Source of the DNA: an uncultured Bacillales bacterium
Lineage (GTDB): Bacteria; Bacillota_I; Bacilli_A; RF39; UBA660
Direction: 5' to 3'
Assembly: GCA_946614095.1 (NCBI GenBank)
Contig: CAMOGG010000002.1
Location: 1-60,645, forward strand
DNA: 60,645 bases
Shown: piece by piece, positions 41,010 to 51,100 of the stretch
Position numbering within the stretch: position 1 is the first letter of the stretch
How the letters are laid out: each line of letters begins with the position of its first letter
Program-made: the position numbers and the translations under genes
Notes under the pieces: generated by a model
What the model saw: only the letters and a program-made list of their open reading frames with translations
The model's database searches: none
What the model was told of the DNA's origin: nothing

Positions 41010-43670
41010 ATGTCAAGAGCTAAAACATTATTTGATCGATTAAGGATTGATGATAGAGCACTTGTATTATATAGTTTTTCACATTTAAAATTGAAACATC
41101 GTCAAGTTTTAAAAAGAGCGTATGGTGAAGATTTAATGGGAGAGTTTCAATCTCAGTATCTAAGTGAAGAAGAAAAGAAGAATGTTGTTTTTTCTGCTAT
41201 ACGTTCTTTAAAAAATATTATTGATAATACAGAAATACTTACTGTTACTATTTATCCTGATCAGGTTGGTGAAGATTCTAAAGTTTTTTATGAGCGATTT
41301 GGAGAATATAATCCTTGTGATGTTTTAACTATATTTGATACTTTAGGTGATGAATATAAAGAAGTATTTCATAAAGTGTATGGTTCCCATTTATTGCATG
41401 AAGGTGATATTTATTCACTTACTGATTCGGAAAAAATACTTTTTTTTGAAGGAATTTCTATTCTTAAAAAAACTTTAAGTTCTTTTCACAAAGTATCTCA
41501 TTCTCAACCTGATACTTATGTTTTAGGTTATCAATATATTGCTAAGAAAAGAGGAACTAAATCAAAAAATATCTTTGAATTAAATCCAAATTATTCTTCA
41601 AAAGAAGTTTTGAGTGCTATTGAGAAGCTTGAAGATGAAGAAAGAAAAGATTTAATTTGTGGTTATGGCAATTCATTTGATAATTTAATAGGATATAATC
41701 AAATGAATGAGAAACAGAAAAAACACTTAATGTGGATTATTCGTGGCCCTTTAAAATACTTTTTAGAACATCCTGAAGAAAAGATTATTAAAAAGAATCC
41801 TGTTGAATCATTGATTCATCCATATGATTTTTTTTCTGATTATTCTTCGGAAGAGATAGATGAGGCAATTATGAGGTTACCAGAATCTGATAGAAAAATT
41901 GTTATGAAAGTATTTGATAGTGCTCAATTCATTACTAATCGTAAAATGTCTCATAATGATTATTTGAAATTAAAGAATATTTTTGAATTTCAACTTCCAA
42001 AATTATTGCTTTATGTAAGGAAAACTCAGACAATAATAGGGTATTTTCAAGAGTATTCTATTGAAGAAATTCTTAATGATATTTCACAAATGTCAAATAA
42101 TCATATCCATTTTTTGAGGAATCTTTATGGAACTAATTTTGATGAGAAAAGAAAGTATTTATCTACAATGGAAGAAATTTGTAAATTAGATTTTTTATTA
42201 AAAACATTAAAAATGCATATTCAAAATGAGGAGGTTTATCGTATGAATATAGGGGAAAGAAAAATAAGAAAAAGAAAGCAAAATACTGTTACAAGTGATT
42301 TTGTTCATGATCGATTGTCTGATCTTCCATATCAGAAACTTAGTCGACAAGAAGAAGTTGATTTTATTAAAAAGACTAGACTATCTTATTATCATTCTGT
42401 GGATGATGAAACAAAACAATTATATCTTGATTATTATATGGAGATGTTTCCTAGATTTCGTAAGTCATGGGAGGAAGCTGATGAGAAGAAAAAAGAGCGC
42501 TTGTTAGAGAAAGCCATTCAAAATTCGCTTTATTATCGTAATAAATTTATTGAAAATAATCTTCGCTTAGTTTTATCTGTTGCGAAGCATTATGTAGGTG
42601 CTGATGAAATAGAACCTCTTTATCAAGAAGGAGTTCTAGGAATGATGAGAGCTTTAGAAAAATTTGATCTTACGAAAGGATTTCGTTTTTCTACTTATGC
42701 TACTTTATGGATAAGGCAAGCAATTACAAGATATATTTCTGATTATTCTTCTACGATTCGTGTACCTGTTCATCGTAGGGATCAAATTTCTCGTATGGAG
42801 AGATTTGAAAATATTTTAACTACTAAATTTGGAAGAGCGCCTACGAAAGAAGAATTAGCAGAAGTATTAGAGATTGATTCTGATCAATTATATGAAATTC
42901 AAAAATCTCAATCTTTTTTACGTCCTACTAGTTTAAGTAGTCCTATCGGGGAGGATGAAGATACTACTTTAGAAGACTTTGTACCAAACGGAGAGGAAGA
43001 AATTGCCTTAAATGTGGAAAGTAATATGATGAGAAAAGCTTTTCGTGATGTCATTGAAAATGATTTAAAACTTAGTGAAAGAGAAAAGAAAGTTCTTTTT
43101 ATGCGATTTGGTTTTTATGACGGACATCCTTATACATTAGATGAAATTGGAAAATGTTTTATGGTTACTAGAGAGCGTATTCGTCAAATTGAAGCGAAAT
43201 GTTTAAAGACTTTGAGAATGCATTTAAAGGAGAGTTCTTTTAGAGATACTGATTTTTCATTGGGATCTGCTTCTGAAGATGATTTTATACCATTAGATTA
43301 TACTTTTCCAAGAAAACGAATTGCTCAACCAGATGTCGTTCAATCTACTAGCAGAGATTTCAATGGAAATGTTCATACTCATAAACGATTAGCTTTCAAT
43401 TTAGATTCTAATCAAATTAATGATATTCTTTTAGAAGTTCTATCTAGAACAGATATGAATCAATTTGATCAAGATACAAGGGATATTCTTAATTTGAGAT
43501 ATGGTTTATGTGGGGTTAAAGTATCAGTGACAGATACTGCTAGGATTTTAAATTTAAGTGATTTAGTTGTTCAAGAGAAAGAAGATACTGCTTTAAAAAT
43601 TATTTTTAGTCAGCTTACTGATTTGGAACCTGAGATAGAACAAGTAAAAAGAATGATTATGAAAAAATAA
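41010..43670 (+). CDS. Sigma-70 family (group 1/2, RpoD-like) factor with ~510-aa repeat-containing N-terminal extension and ~145-aa C-terminal extension
   Basis: Region 2 is LYQEGVLGMMRALEKFDLTKGFRFSTYATLWIRQAITRYI, the RpoD box is IRVPVH, and region 4.2 is TLDEIGKCFMVTRERIRQIEAKCLKTLR. Confidence 0.85.
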   Translation: MSRAKTLFDRLRIDDRALVLYSFSHLKLKHRQVLKRAYGEDLMGEFQSQYLSEEEKKNVVFSAIRSLKNIIDNTEILTVTIYPDQVGEDSKVFYERFGEYNPCDVLTIFDTLGDEYKEVFHKVYGSHLLHEGDIYSLTDSEKILFFEGISILKKTLSSFHKVSHSQPDTYVLGYQYIAKKRGTKSKNIFELNPNYSSKEVLSAIEKLEDEERKDLICGYGNSFDNLIGYNQMNEKQKKHLMWIIRGPLKYFLEHPEEKIIKKNPVESLIHPYDFFSDYSSEEIDEAIMRLPESDRKIVMKVFDSAQFITNRKMSHNDYLKLKNIFEFQLPKLLLYVRKTQTIIGYFQEYSIEEILNDISQMSNNHIHFLRNLYGTNFDEKRKYLSTMEEICKLDFLLKTLKMHIQNEEVYRMNIGERKIRKRKQNTVTSDFVHDRLSDLPYQKLSRQEEVDFIKKTRLSYYHSVDDETKQLYLDYYMEMFPRFRKSWEEADEKKKERLLEKAIQNSLYYRNKFIENNLRLVLSVAKHYVGADEIEPLYQEGVLGMMRALEKFDLTKGFRFSTYATLWIRQAITRYISDYSSTIRVPVHRRDQISRMERFENILTTKFGRAPTKEELAEVLEIDSDQLYEIQKSQSFLRPTSLSSPIGEDEDTTLEDFVPNGEEEIALNVESNMMRKAFRDVIENDLKLSEREKKVLFMRFGFYDGHPYTLDEIGKCFMVTRERIRQIEAKCLKTLRMHLKESSFRDTDFSLGSASEDDFIPLDYTFPRKRIAQPDVVQSTSRDFNGNVHTHKRLAFNLDSNQINDILLEVLSRTDMNQFDQDTRDILNLRYGLCGVKVSVTDTARILNLSDLVVQEKEDTALKIIFSQLTDLEPEIEQVKRMIMKK

Positions 43671-43690
43671 AAACAGGATTTCCTGTTTTT
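43670..43690. terminator. Bidirectional terminator between convergent sigma and rhomboid genes
   Basis: 8-bp stem aaaacagg/cctgtttt with a 4-nt loop (attt). An A-run lies on one side and a T-run on the other. Confidence 0.7.
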
Positions 43691-44294
43691 ATTTTGGTAT
43701 GAAGGTAATAATTCCATGTGGATATTTTAATAATAAGAATCCAAATAATAGTCCACATAAAGCTCCTATTAAGTGACCATCATGATATACTTTTTTATTT
43801 CCTTCTAAAAATGTATCTTTTATTTCTGTTGTTATGTAAAATAAGAATATTAAAACTAAGGTGATTGGTATTTTTCCTTCTGATAGATTTGAGAAAGAAC
43901 TTAAAACAATTAGCATATAGACATTACCACTTGCTCCTGTAATGCAATAATTATGAAAGATTAGGTTTATTATTGAAATGATTAATGATGTTAAAAGTAA
44001 TATACAAAGTAAGTTGATGCTACCATATTTTTCTTCAATCATAGGACCAATTAATAATATGTAGAGAAAATTGCTTACTAGATGATCCCAATCTTTATGA
44101 CCGATACTATGAGTAAATAGGCGGATATATGTAAACGGATTAAAAGGGGAGCTTCGATAATTTGTGAATAACAATCTATTACTTTTTCCATGAGTTATGG
44201 TGTTTAATAACCAAGCAATTAAAGATAGTCCTAAATAACTAATAATAACTGGTGAATTATAGTCGAATTTTAAATTTACATTCATGATATGCAT
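43689..44294 (-). CDS. Rhomboid-family intramembrane serine protease
   Basis: GASGNVYMLIV (GxSG catalytic Ser) and HLIGALCGLLFG (catalytic His) within a 6-TM pattern. This is the only minus-strand gene I call. Confidence 0.85.
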   Translation of the reverse strand: MHIMNVNLKFDYNSPVIISYLGLSLIAWLLNTITHGKSNRLLFTNYRSSPFNPFTYIRLFTHSIGHKDWDHLVSNFLYILLIGPMIEEKYGSINLLCILLLTSLIISIINLIFHNYCITGASGNVYMLIVLSSFSNLSEGKIPITLVLIFLFYITTEIKDTFLEGNKKVYHDGHLIGALCGLLFGFLLLKYPHGIITFIPK

Positions 44295-44387
44295 GTGAAA
44301 CCTTCTTTCTATGATACTTATTATAACATTTTTTTCTTTTTTCTTCTATCTTATGATATACTTAGATTAATAATAGGTGGTAGTGAT

Positions 44388-45293
44388 ATGACGTTAGAAG
44401 AGTATTTAGAAGCAATGTCTTTTCAAAATGATATTATGAATTCTAATGAAAAGAAAAATCGAATAAAGGATTCCTTTTACCAATTAGAAAAAATTGGATT
44501 TTTAGAAAGGAAAGATCATCACGACATTGTGGTAGAAGAGATGAGGGATGGTAGTAAGAGAAAAATTACTAATCCTTTAGAAGTATCTTTAGCTATGAGA
44601 GAGATTGGACAACGAAGTAGTTATTATCAGAATGCAAATCGCTTTTTGTATGCTATTTTAAATACACAAGGAAGATTTGATGAATTTCAAGAATTATTAC
44701 CACATACAGTAGATATGTTGTATTCTTTGTGTCATCTTCGTTTTCAATTTTTTCCATTCTTTGAGTTACCAAAGGGAAATAAAGATGTTCGGGAATTAGC
44801 TTCTTATGTATTACCATATGAAATTGCGATGAGACATGTTTCTTCTAAGGATTTTTATACTAGACTAAGAGCAAGAATTGAAGGATATGCTATACTGAAT
44901 CACTATTATTCAGCAGGTAAGTTACTATCTCAAGAGAAGCATTTTTCTCCTAAGAAGGCAGAAGATTATTTAATACCTTTATTGGTTGGTGGAGATTTAG
45001 AAAAACCAATGATGGAGTCTATTATAGAACAAGTTTATCAGAATGCTGAGGACATTATTCATTGTGATGATGATCAGTTTATTTCAGCTATTTATCCTCT
45101 TTCCTTGTCATATGTAATGGATGAGAATGAAAAGAATCATTATATGATTTTTCCGGAAGTATCTATGATTTATGCGTGTGCGATGATGGGAGAAGAGGAT
45201 ATTGTTCCTTTATTTGATTTAGATTTAAGTTTTCTAAAAAAATATACATTAAAAGTGTATCATGATTATCATCAGTTAATGAAAAATAAATAG
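44388..45293 (+). CDS. Hypothetical protein
   Basis: ORF with an AGGTGG RBS before ATG 44388. The track start at 44289 runs through the divergent promoter region. No family recognised. Confidence 0.55.
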   Translation: MTLEEYLEAMSFQNDIMNSNEKKNRIKDSFYQLEKIGFLERKDHHDIVVEEMRDGSKRKITNPLEVSLAMREIGQRSSYYQNANRFLYAILNTQGRFDEFQELLPHTVDMLYSLCHLRFQFFPFFELPKGNKDVRELASYVLPYEIAMRHVSSKDFYTRLRARIEGYAILNHYYSAGKLLSQEKHFSPKKAEDYLIPLLVGGDLEKPMMESIIEQVYQNAEDIIHCDDDQFISAIYPLSLSYVMDENEKNHYMIFPEVSMIYACAMMGEEDIVPLFDLDLSFLKKYTLKVYHDYHQLMKNK

Positions 45294-45400
45294 TAATAAA
45301 GTCTTTTGTAAAAAACATGTAAAGTGCCAAGAATAGTTCTTCTTTTTTGTTTTGTTATGTATAATTTGTGTTAGAATATGGATTTCAAAGGAGTGATTAT

Positions 45401-46276
45401 ATGAAATTATTTGATTCTTTTTGTGAATATTTAAGTACTATTACATTAATTAATAAAAAAGTTATTTCTGTAACTTTATTGAGTATATTTTGTTTAGCAT
45501 TTTTTTCTTTACTTAAGAATATTGCTTCTTTCTTTATTAGTAGAAGAAATAAAAATGCTAGAGGAGAATACTTTTTTAATCAGTTTTTAAAAGTATTTTT
45601 GAATGTTATTGAAGTATTAACTTTACTAGTTATTTGGAATGATCATATTAAAAATTTTGTTACACTAATTTCTGTTATCTCTGCTGCGATGACGATTGCT
45701 TTGCGTGAAGTAATTTTGAATTTCTTTGCGGGATTGTATATTAAAGTAAAACGTCCATTTAAAGTAGAAGATAGAATCCAAATTGGAGATATCAAGGGAG
45801 ATGTTATGAACATATCGACATTTGGTTTTGATATTTTAGAAGTTTCTAATGAAATTAAAAATGGACAATCTACTGGAATTGTTGTATCATTTCCACATTC
45901 TGTTATCATGACTACTCCTGTTAAAAATATTAGTAAAGGATTTAAATATATTTGGAATGAATTGGTTGTGAAAATAGACTTTAACTGTAATCTTGTAAAA
46001 AATAAACAAGAAATATACAGAATCGTGAATAGTATTGAAACGATTAAGAGTATTCCTCGTAAGATGAAGGAACAGATTCGTGAAATAGGGGCTGATAGTA
46101 GAGTTTATTTTAATAAATATGATCCTATTATCTATACGAAGATTGTAGATGATCATATTGAACTTAGTATTCGTTATTTGATGCATCCTAAGAAAGCAAG
46201 ATATGTAGAAAGTGTTATTTGGAATAAAATTTATGAAGCTTATCAAGATAAAAAAATTCAATTATATACAAAATAG
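45401..46276 (+). CDS. MscS-family mechanosensitive channel
   Basis: TM3/beta-domain junction ALREVILNFFAGLYIKVKRPFKVEDRIQIGDIKGDVMNIS. AAAGGAG RBS before ATG 45401. Confidence 0.85.
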   Translation: MKLFDSFCEYLSTITLINKKVISVTLLSIFCLAFFSLLKNIASFFISRRNKNARGEYFFNQFLKVFLNVIEVLTLLVIWNDHIKNFVTLISVISAAMTIALREVILNFFAGLYIKVKRPFKVEDRIQIGDIKGDVMNISTFGFDILEVSNEIKNGQSTGIVVSFPHSVIMTTPVKNISKGFKYIWNELVVKIDFNCNLVKNKQEIYRIVNSIETIKSIPRKMKEQIREIGADSRVYFNKYDPIIYTKIVDDHIELSIRYLMHPKKARYVESVIWNKIYEAYQDKKIQLYTK

Positions 46277-46296
46277 ACTTTTGTCTATTTTTTTTT
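46271..46296 (+). terminator. Rho-independent terminator
   Basis: Stem aaatagac/gtctattt, tttt loop, T-run. Confidence 0.7.
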
Positions 46297-46351
46297 GACT
46301 TTTTCTTTGTTTTGTGGTATTTCATATATTATAAAAATAGGGGGTGTAGTG

Positions 46352-46759
46352 ATGGATAGTCAAATATATTTATCTTTACTACTTTATAAAGATATTGTCT
46401 CTGATGAGAATTCTTCTATTAGACAACTTCATTATCGGGTTTTAGGTCCAATGATGGGAACTTTAGATGGAAATGTTTTTTGGAATACTTCTGATAGGAA
46501 GTATCATAGTATTGAAAAAAGTACTACTAATATGAATGATAATCTACGTTATGCATATTATTCTCTTCTTTCTTTAAAAGATGCAAAGAGGAAGTATCAA
46601 ACAGATTCTATAGAAAAAATTGTTTCTTCTTTTTTTAAAGAACATGAGAGGGACACTTATTATGTAATTTCTAAAGAAGAGGGAGCTCCTATTATTATTA
46701 AATATGATGAGGAGAAAATGAAGAGGAAGATGGATACTAATCTTGTGAGGCCTTTGTAG
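46352..46759 (+). CDS. Hypothetical protein
   Basis: AGGGGGTG RBS before ATG 46352. 135 aa. No family recognised. Confidence 0.5.
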   Translation: MDSQIYLSLLLYKDIVSDENSSIRQLHYRVLGPMMGTLDGNVFWNTSDRKYHSIEKSTTNMNDNLRYAYYSLLSLKDAKRKYQTDSIEKIVSSFFKEHERDTYYVISKEEGAPIIIKYDEEKMKRKMDTNLVRPL

Positions 46760-46786
46760 AATAGAACTGGTGGTTCTATTCTTTTT
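46758..46786 (+). terminator. Rho-independent terminator
   Basis: 10-bp stem agaatagaac/gttctattct, 5-nt loop, T-run. Confidence 0.75.
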
Positions 46787-46820
46787 GATATTTTCATATG
46801 TTTTATAAAGGAGATTTATT

Positions 46821-47225
46821 ATGGATTATATTCTTTTTGATGATTTTAAAAATATGGATATTTACGAGGACTTTAAGAAAAAAAATCCACTTTTGGGGAT
46901 GATTAAAGTACAAGTGACTACGGCCTCTAGTTCTCTTCCTTTAGAAGATGTTTCTATCGAAATCTATAAAGATATTGGGGAATATGATGTTTTGTTTTTC
47001 CAAGGAAAAACTAATTCTAGTGGAATTATTGACTCAATTTTATTACCAGCACCTGGAAAAGTACCAATTGGTTCTTTAGAAATACCAGAATATGCAGTAT
47101 ATACTATGAATGTTTTCAAAGAAGGTTTTGATTCTTTGAAAAAATACTCTTTTGCGGTATATGGTGGAGTAGAGGTATTACAAAATATTGTGATGAATGC
47201 TGATGTGAATATTGAAAAAAATTGA
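46821..47225 (+). CDS. Small protein with carboxypeptidase-regulatory-like beta-sandwich pattern
   Basis: IKVQVTTASSSLPLEDVSIEIYK...GKTNSSGIIDSILLP...YTMNVFKEGF resembles the CarboxypepD_reg fold pattern. Weak assignment. Confidence 0.4.
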   Translation: MDYILFDDFKNMDIYEDFKKKNPLLGMIKVQVTTASSSLPLEDVSIEIYKDIGEYDVLFFQGKTNSSGIIDSILLPAPGKVPIGSLEIPEYAVYTMNVFKEGFDSLKKYSFAVYGGVEVLQNIVMNADVNIEKN

Positions 47226-47240
47226 TTTTTATGGTATAAT
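47212..47240 (+). promoter_or_regulatory. Consensus-like promoter for 47268 gene
   Basis: TTGAAA (47212-47217), 17-nt spacer, TGgTATAAT (TATAAT at 47235-47240). The -35 element lies in the end of the upstream CDS. Confidence 0.6.
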
Positions 47241-47267
47241 TTACACACATTTGAGGGGGTGTAGGAA

Positions 47268-48047
47268 ATGGAATTGTTAAAGGATTACTTGGCTTCTAGA
47301 GTTATAGCAGATGGGAAAAGATTAGATGACTATACAAGAATCTATTTTAAGACAAATGAAGACTTAGTAACGAGTTATCAAGATTTTGATTTTAAGGATA
47401 AAGAAGTACTTAGTGTACTTGCTAGTTCTGATCAAGTATTTACGGCAAGACTTTTAGGAGCAAAAAAGGTGGATAGTTTTGATAAAAATTCATTAGCACT
47501 TTATTATTACTATTTAAGAAGTTGGACGATTACCTATATGCATCAGATGTATCCAATTCCAGTTTTGGATAATAATTATCGTTTTCTATTTGAATTATTA
47601 GAGAAAGTTGAACCAAGTAGTGAAGAAGAAATTCAAGCTCTTCTTTTTTGGAAGGAACATTTGAAACATCATACTGATTTATCAAAATTATTCTTTGAAG
47701 ATACTAGAGAAGGAAAAACTTCTTTTTCTGATATTAGAGATTTAGAAAATGTTGCTGATGGGGATATGAACTTTTATCATCTAAACTTCTTTCAAGATTT
47801 TCATTTAGATTCTTCTTATGATATTATTTTACTATCTAATATTATAGAATGGGCTAGAGGAAGTGATACTAAAATAACTTGTATTCGTGATAATCTAAAT
47901 CAATTATTACATTCTAATGGAATTGTTTTATGTACAGGATTAATCAACCGATATCCGGAAAAAATACAAAGAGAAAGAGAAATCTTTGATTCTAATTTTG
48001 AATTTATTGATTATGGAAGGGAAGGATATGCTTATCAAAAAAGGTAG
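47268..48047 (+). CDS. Hypothetical protein, possibly degenerate class-I methyltransferase/DUF3419-like
   Basis: VLSVLASSDQVF sits at the motif-I position, and YDIILLSNIIEW resembles the DUF3419/BtaA-like LSNI.DW motif. Low certainty. Confidence 0.35.
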   Translation: MELLKDYLASRVIADGKRLDDYTRIYFKTNEDLVTSYQDFDFKDKEVLSVLASSDQVFTARLLGAKKVDSFDKNSLALYYYYLRSWTITYMHQMYPIPVLDNNYRFLFELLEKVEPSSEEEIQALLFWKEHLKHHTDLSKLFFEDTREGKTSFSDIRDLENVADGDMNFYHLNFFQDFHLDSSYDIILLSNIIEWARGSDTKITCIRDNLNQLLHSNGIVLCTGLINRYPEKIQREREIFDSNFEFIDYGREGYAYQKR

Positions 48048-48053
48048 TTAAAG

Positions 48054-48077
48054 CTAGTTTATTGAACTAGTTTTTTT
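48054..48077 (+). terminator. Rho-independent terminator
   Basis: Stem ctagtt/aactag, 5-nt loop, T7 run. Confidence 0.55.
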
Positions 48078-48080
48078 GTA

Positions 48081-48108
48081 TTGATTTAAAGATGAAAAAT
48101 GTTATAAT
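48081..48108 (+). promoter_or_regulatory. Extended -10 promoter for the giant pilin gene
   Basis: TTGATT (48081-48086), 16-nt spacer, TGtTATAAT (TATAAT at 48103-48108). Confidence 0.6.
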
Positions 48109-48140
48109 TTTAACATATAGTAATAATAGGATGTGTTGTT

Positions 48141-51100
48141 ATGAAAAGGATAAGAAACTCTAAGGGATTTACTTTAGTAGAATTATTGGTTGCGGTTGCG
48201 ATACTAGGAATCATTACAGGAATGAGTATTCCTTTGATTCGTAATATTCAGCTTCGTAATAATAATAAGAAATTTGAGCAATATGGAAAAGCAATGCTTT
48301 CTAGTGCTAAATTATATCGAGATAGTTATGATGAAGATTTATTTGGTAGAAAATCATCTGGATGTGCCTTAGTTTCTTTATCTCAATTGATTGAGAAAGG
48401 TTTAATCAAAGATTATCCAGATGAAAATATTACTTGTGATTATTCGGGGACTATGGTTCGTATTGTAAAAATTAATAAGCAATATGGATATAGTTATCAG
48501 TTATTTTGTGGTACTGATTTAGAACATCCTAGTTTTACTTATTCTACTTTTTCTAAGAGAGAAGGTCTTTTTCAAAAAAATGATACAACACCTACCGAGG
48601 GAATAGATGGAGAATTGGAAGAAGGAGATGATACACCTGATTATGGTTCTTTTGGAGGTTTTGACTTATCTTCTTGTAATATGAAAAATAGTATGAAAAT
48701 AGAAGCAAATCCAGATAGTGGAATTGATAAAGCAGAATCCTATTCTGTAAAAGTATCTTTATCAAGTACTACAGGGATTAGTACTAGTAGTCCTGTTCAT
48801 ATTCAGTATGCTTGGGTAGAAGTTCCAGAATTAGAAGAAACGGTAGATGATACTCCTATTGATACTAGTGAAGAAGATGATGATCCAGATGCAGAAGCTA
48901 GTGATGAGATTGAAACAGTTGATGTAGAGGATGTTGAAATAGATTATTCCTCTATTACAGATTGGAAATCATTACAATTTTCTAAAATAGAAAGTGAAGA
49001 TTCTCAACAAAGTAAAATTGTATCATCTGCAGTGGATTATATTACAGCAGATTCTCATAAAATTTCTCCACCTACGGATACTGCTAATCAATGGTATCTT
49101 GTGTTAAAGATTAATAATTTTAAAGACTTAACAGGAGAAGAATATCCAAATGAATACGAAACTTTTGGAATTTATAACATTGCGAAGAAATATACTTTAA
49201 CTTATGATGATAACGGGGGAAATGGATGCAGTTCTAATAAAAAAGAATTCTTGCTTGGAAGAGGAGAAAGTGAAGACTGGGGTGAATTATGTACACCAGA
49301 GAGAGAAAATTATGTTTTTGCTGGATGGAATACAAAATCTGATGGAACTGGAACAACTATTACAGAGAATACCCCAGTAACCTCTAATTTAAAAATATAT
49401 GCAAAATGGTCAACGGCTAGAGTTATTATTCGGTATAAATTGATGAGTAATGAGACGATAGCAGCTAATACTTCATCTACTGCAACTCCACCTGTTAATT
49501 ATAAATGGAGACGTGGAAGTGGAGATTTGGTAGAGAGAAGTACAAATGGAGGAAGTTCGTACTCAGTGCTTGCTTCTACATTAGCATCTGGGAAAAATCG
49601 TGAACTTGATTTAGCTAACTATAACAATTCTCATTTTTTAAAAATTACGAGTAAGGCTGGTTATACAAATGCAAGGAGTGGAGCTGAGTGGATTTGTGAA
49701 AGTGGATGTAAAAAAGCTAATCAAACGTTCTCTCATAGTAAAATAACGATTTCTGATACAGATAATCTTTGTGATACATCTCATGGAGATTGTACAATAA
49801 ACATAAAGGTAAATTGGGATTCATCAAGTATTACTGCTATTCCAGTTTCTTTAGATCAACAAGGAGGTAGTGGGGGTACTGCAGCCATTTATTCTAAGAA
49901 TAGTAAATGGTACAATACGGGTAATCCAACTACTAGTACATCAAACATTACTACGATAACGAAACCAAGTAAAACAGGAAATACTTTTGGAGGCTATTAT
50001 TCGGATAAGAATGGTAAAGGTACTCAAAAAATAAAGGCAGATGGAAAAATTTATGCAGCTGCGAGTGGTGTTACTTCTTCTAGTACTTGGTTTGCAAAAT
50101 GGACATTAAATACTTGTACGATTAAATTTTCACCAAATGGAGGAACATTTAATAATAATGCAAACAAAACAACACAGATATTACAGTATGGAAAAAGTGT
50201 TAGTGATTTTTGGAATGCAAATGGAGGAACTTATAAGGCTACAAGAACTGGTTATACGATTACTAGTAGTAAAGCATGGTTATTATCAGGAACTACTAAA
50301 ACTTTTGATGAAACAAAAGGATATAAAGCAACCCAAATATGTACTTCTTTAGCAAGTAAAAATCAAACAGTAATATTAAAGGTTAATTGGCAAGCTAAGA
50401 AAGTAGCAGTAACCTTAGATCAACAAGGAGGAAGTGATGGAACGTCACGGATATATGAATATTATGGTATTGGATGGTATAAATCTTCTTCTGCAACATC
50501 ATCAATTTCCAAAGTAACAATTCCAACAAGGACTGGATATACATTTGAAGGGTACTATACCAAAAAAAATGGAGCTGGAATACAAGTAGTGTCTGCTAAC
50601 GGAACAATTTTGTCTGGGAAGACAACACAATTTAGTTCCGCAGGTACATTATATGCAAAATGGAGAATAAATGTTTTAACAATAAGATATAAGATTAAAT
50701 CCGGTGAAACAATTAGAACTGATACTGGAGTGAATTTTAAAAAAGGAACAGACAATTATGTGTATAAAGATAACAAACTATATACTGTAACACTAAGCTA
50801 TAATGAAAAATTAGGAAAAACAGGGCTTACAAACTGGCATAATGATAAATATTTGTACATTAATAAGGTAGATTATAATGCAGTAGATAATAATGAATGG
50901 ACTGACGGAACAAATTTTTTTGATCAAGATAAATCATATAAATCTCAAGAGCTTTGTTCTAATTTATCAAAAGGAGATTGTACAGTAACATTATTTGTAA
51001 ACTGGAGAATTGCTTATGCTAAAGTTTCATATCATGCGAATGGAGGAACAGTTTATAAAAAATATAGTCAACCATATATTTCAATTGTTGATGGATATAT

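Noticed and set aside
45887-46261. 124-aa minus-strand ORF, and the 45643-45909 ORF, opposite the MscS gene.
   Set aside because: Both are antisense to a gene with clear MscS motifs. Composition is low-complexity and there is no RBS.
49840-50960. Repeated DNA segments inside the giant pilin gene as a possible CRISPR or tandem non-coding repeat.
   Set aside because: The repeats are in-frame, diverged protein-domain repeats (flg_new plus the Cys-pair domain). They are several hundred nt long and have no short conserved direct repeats or spacers.
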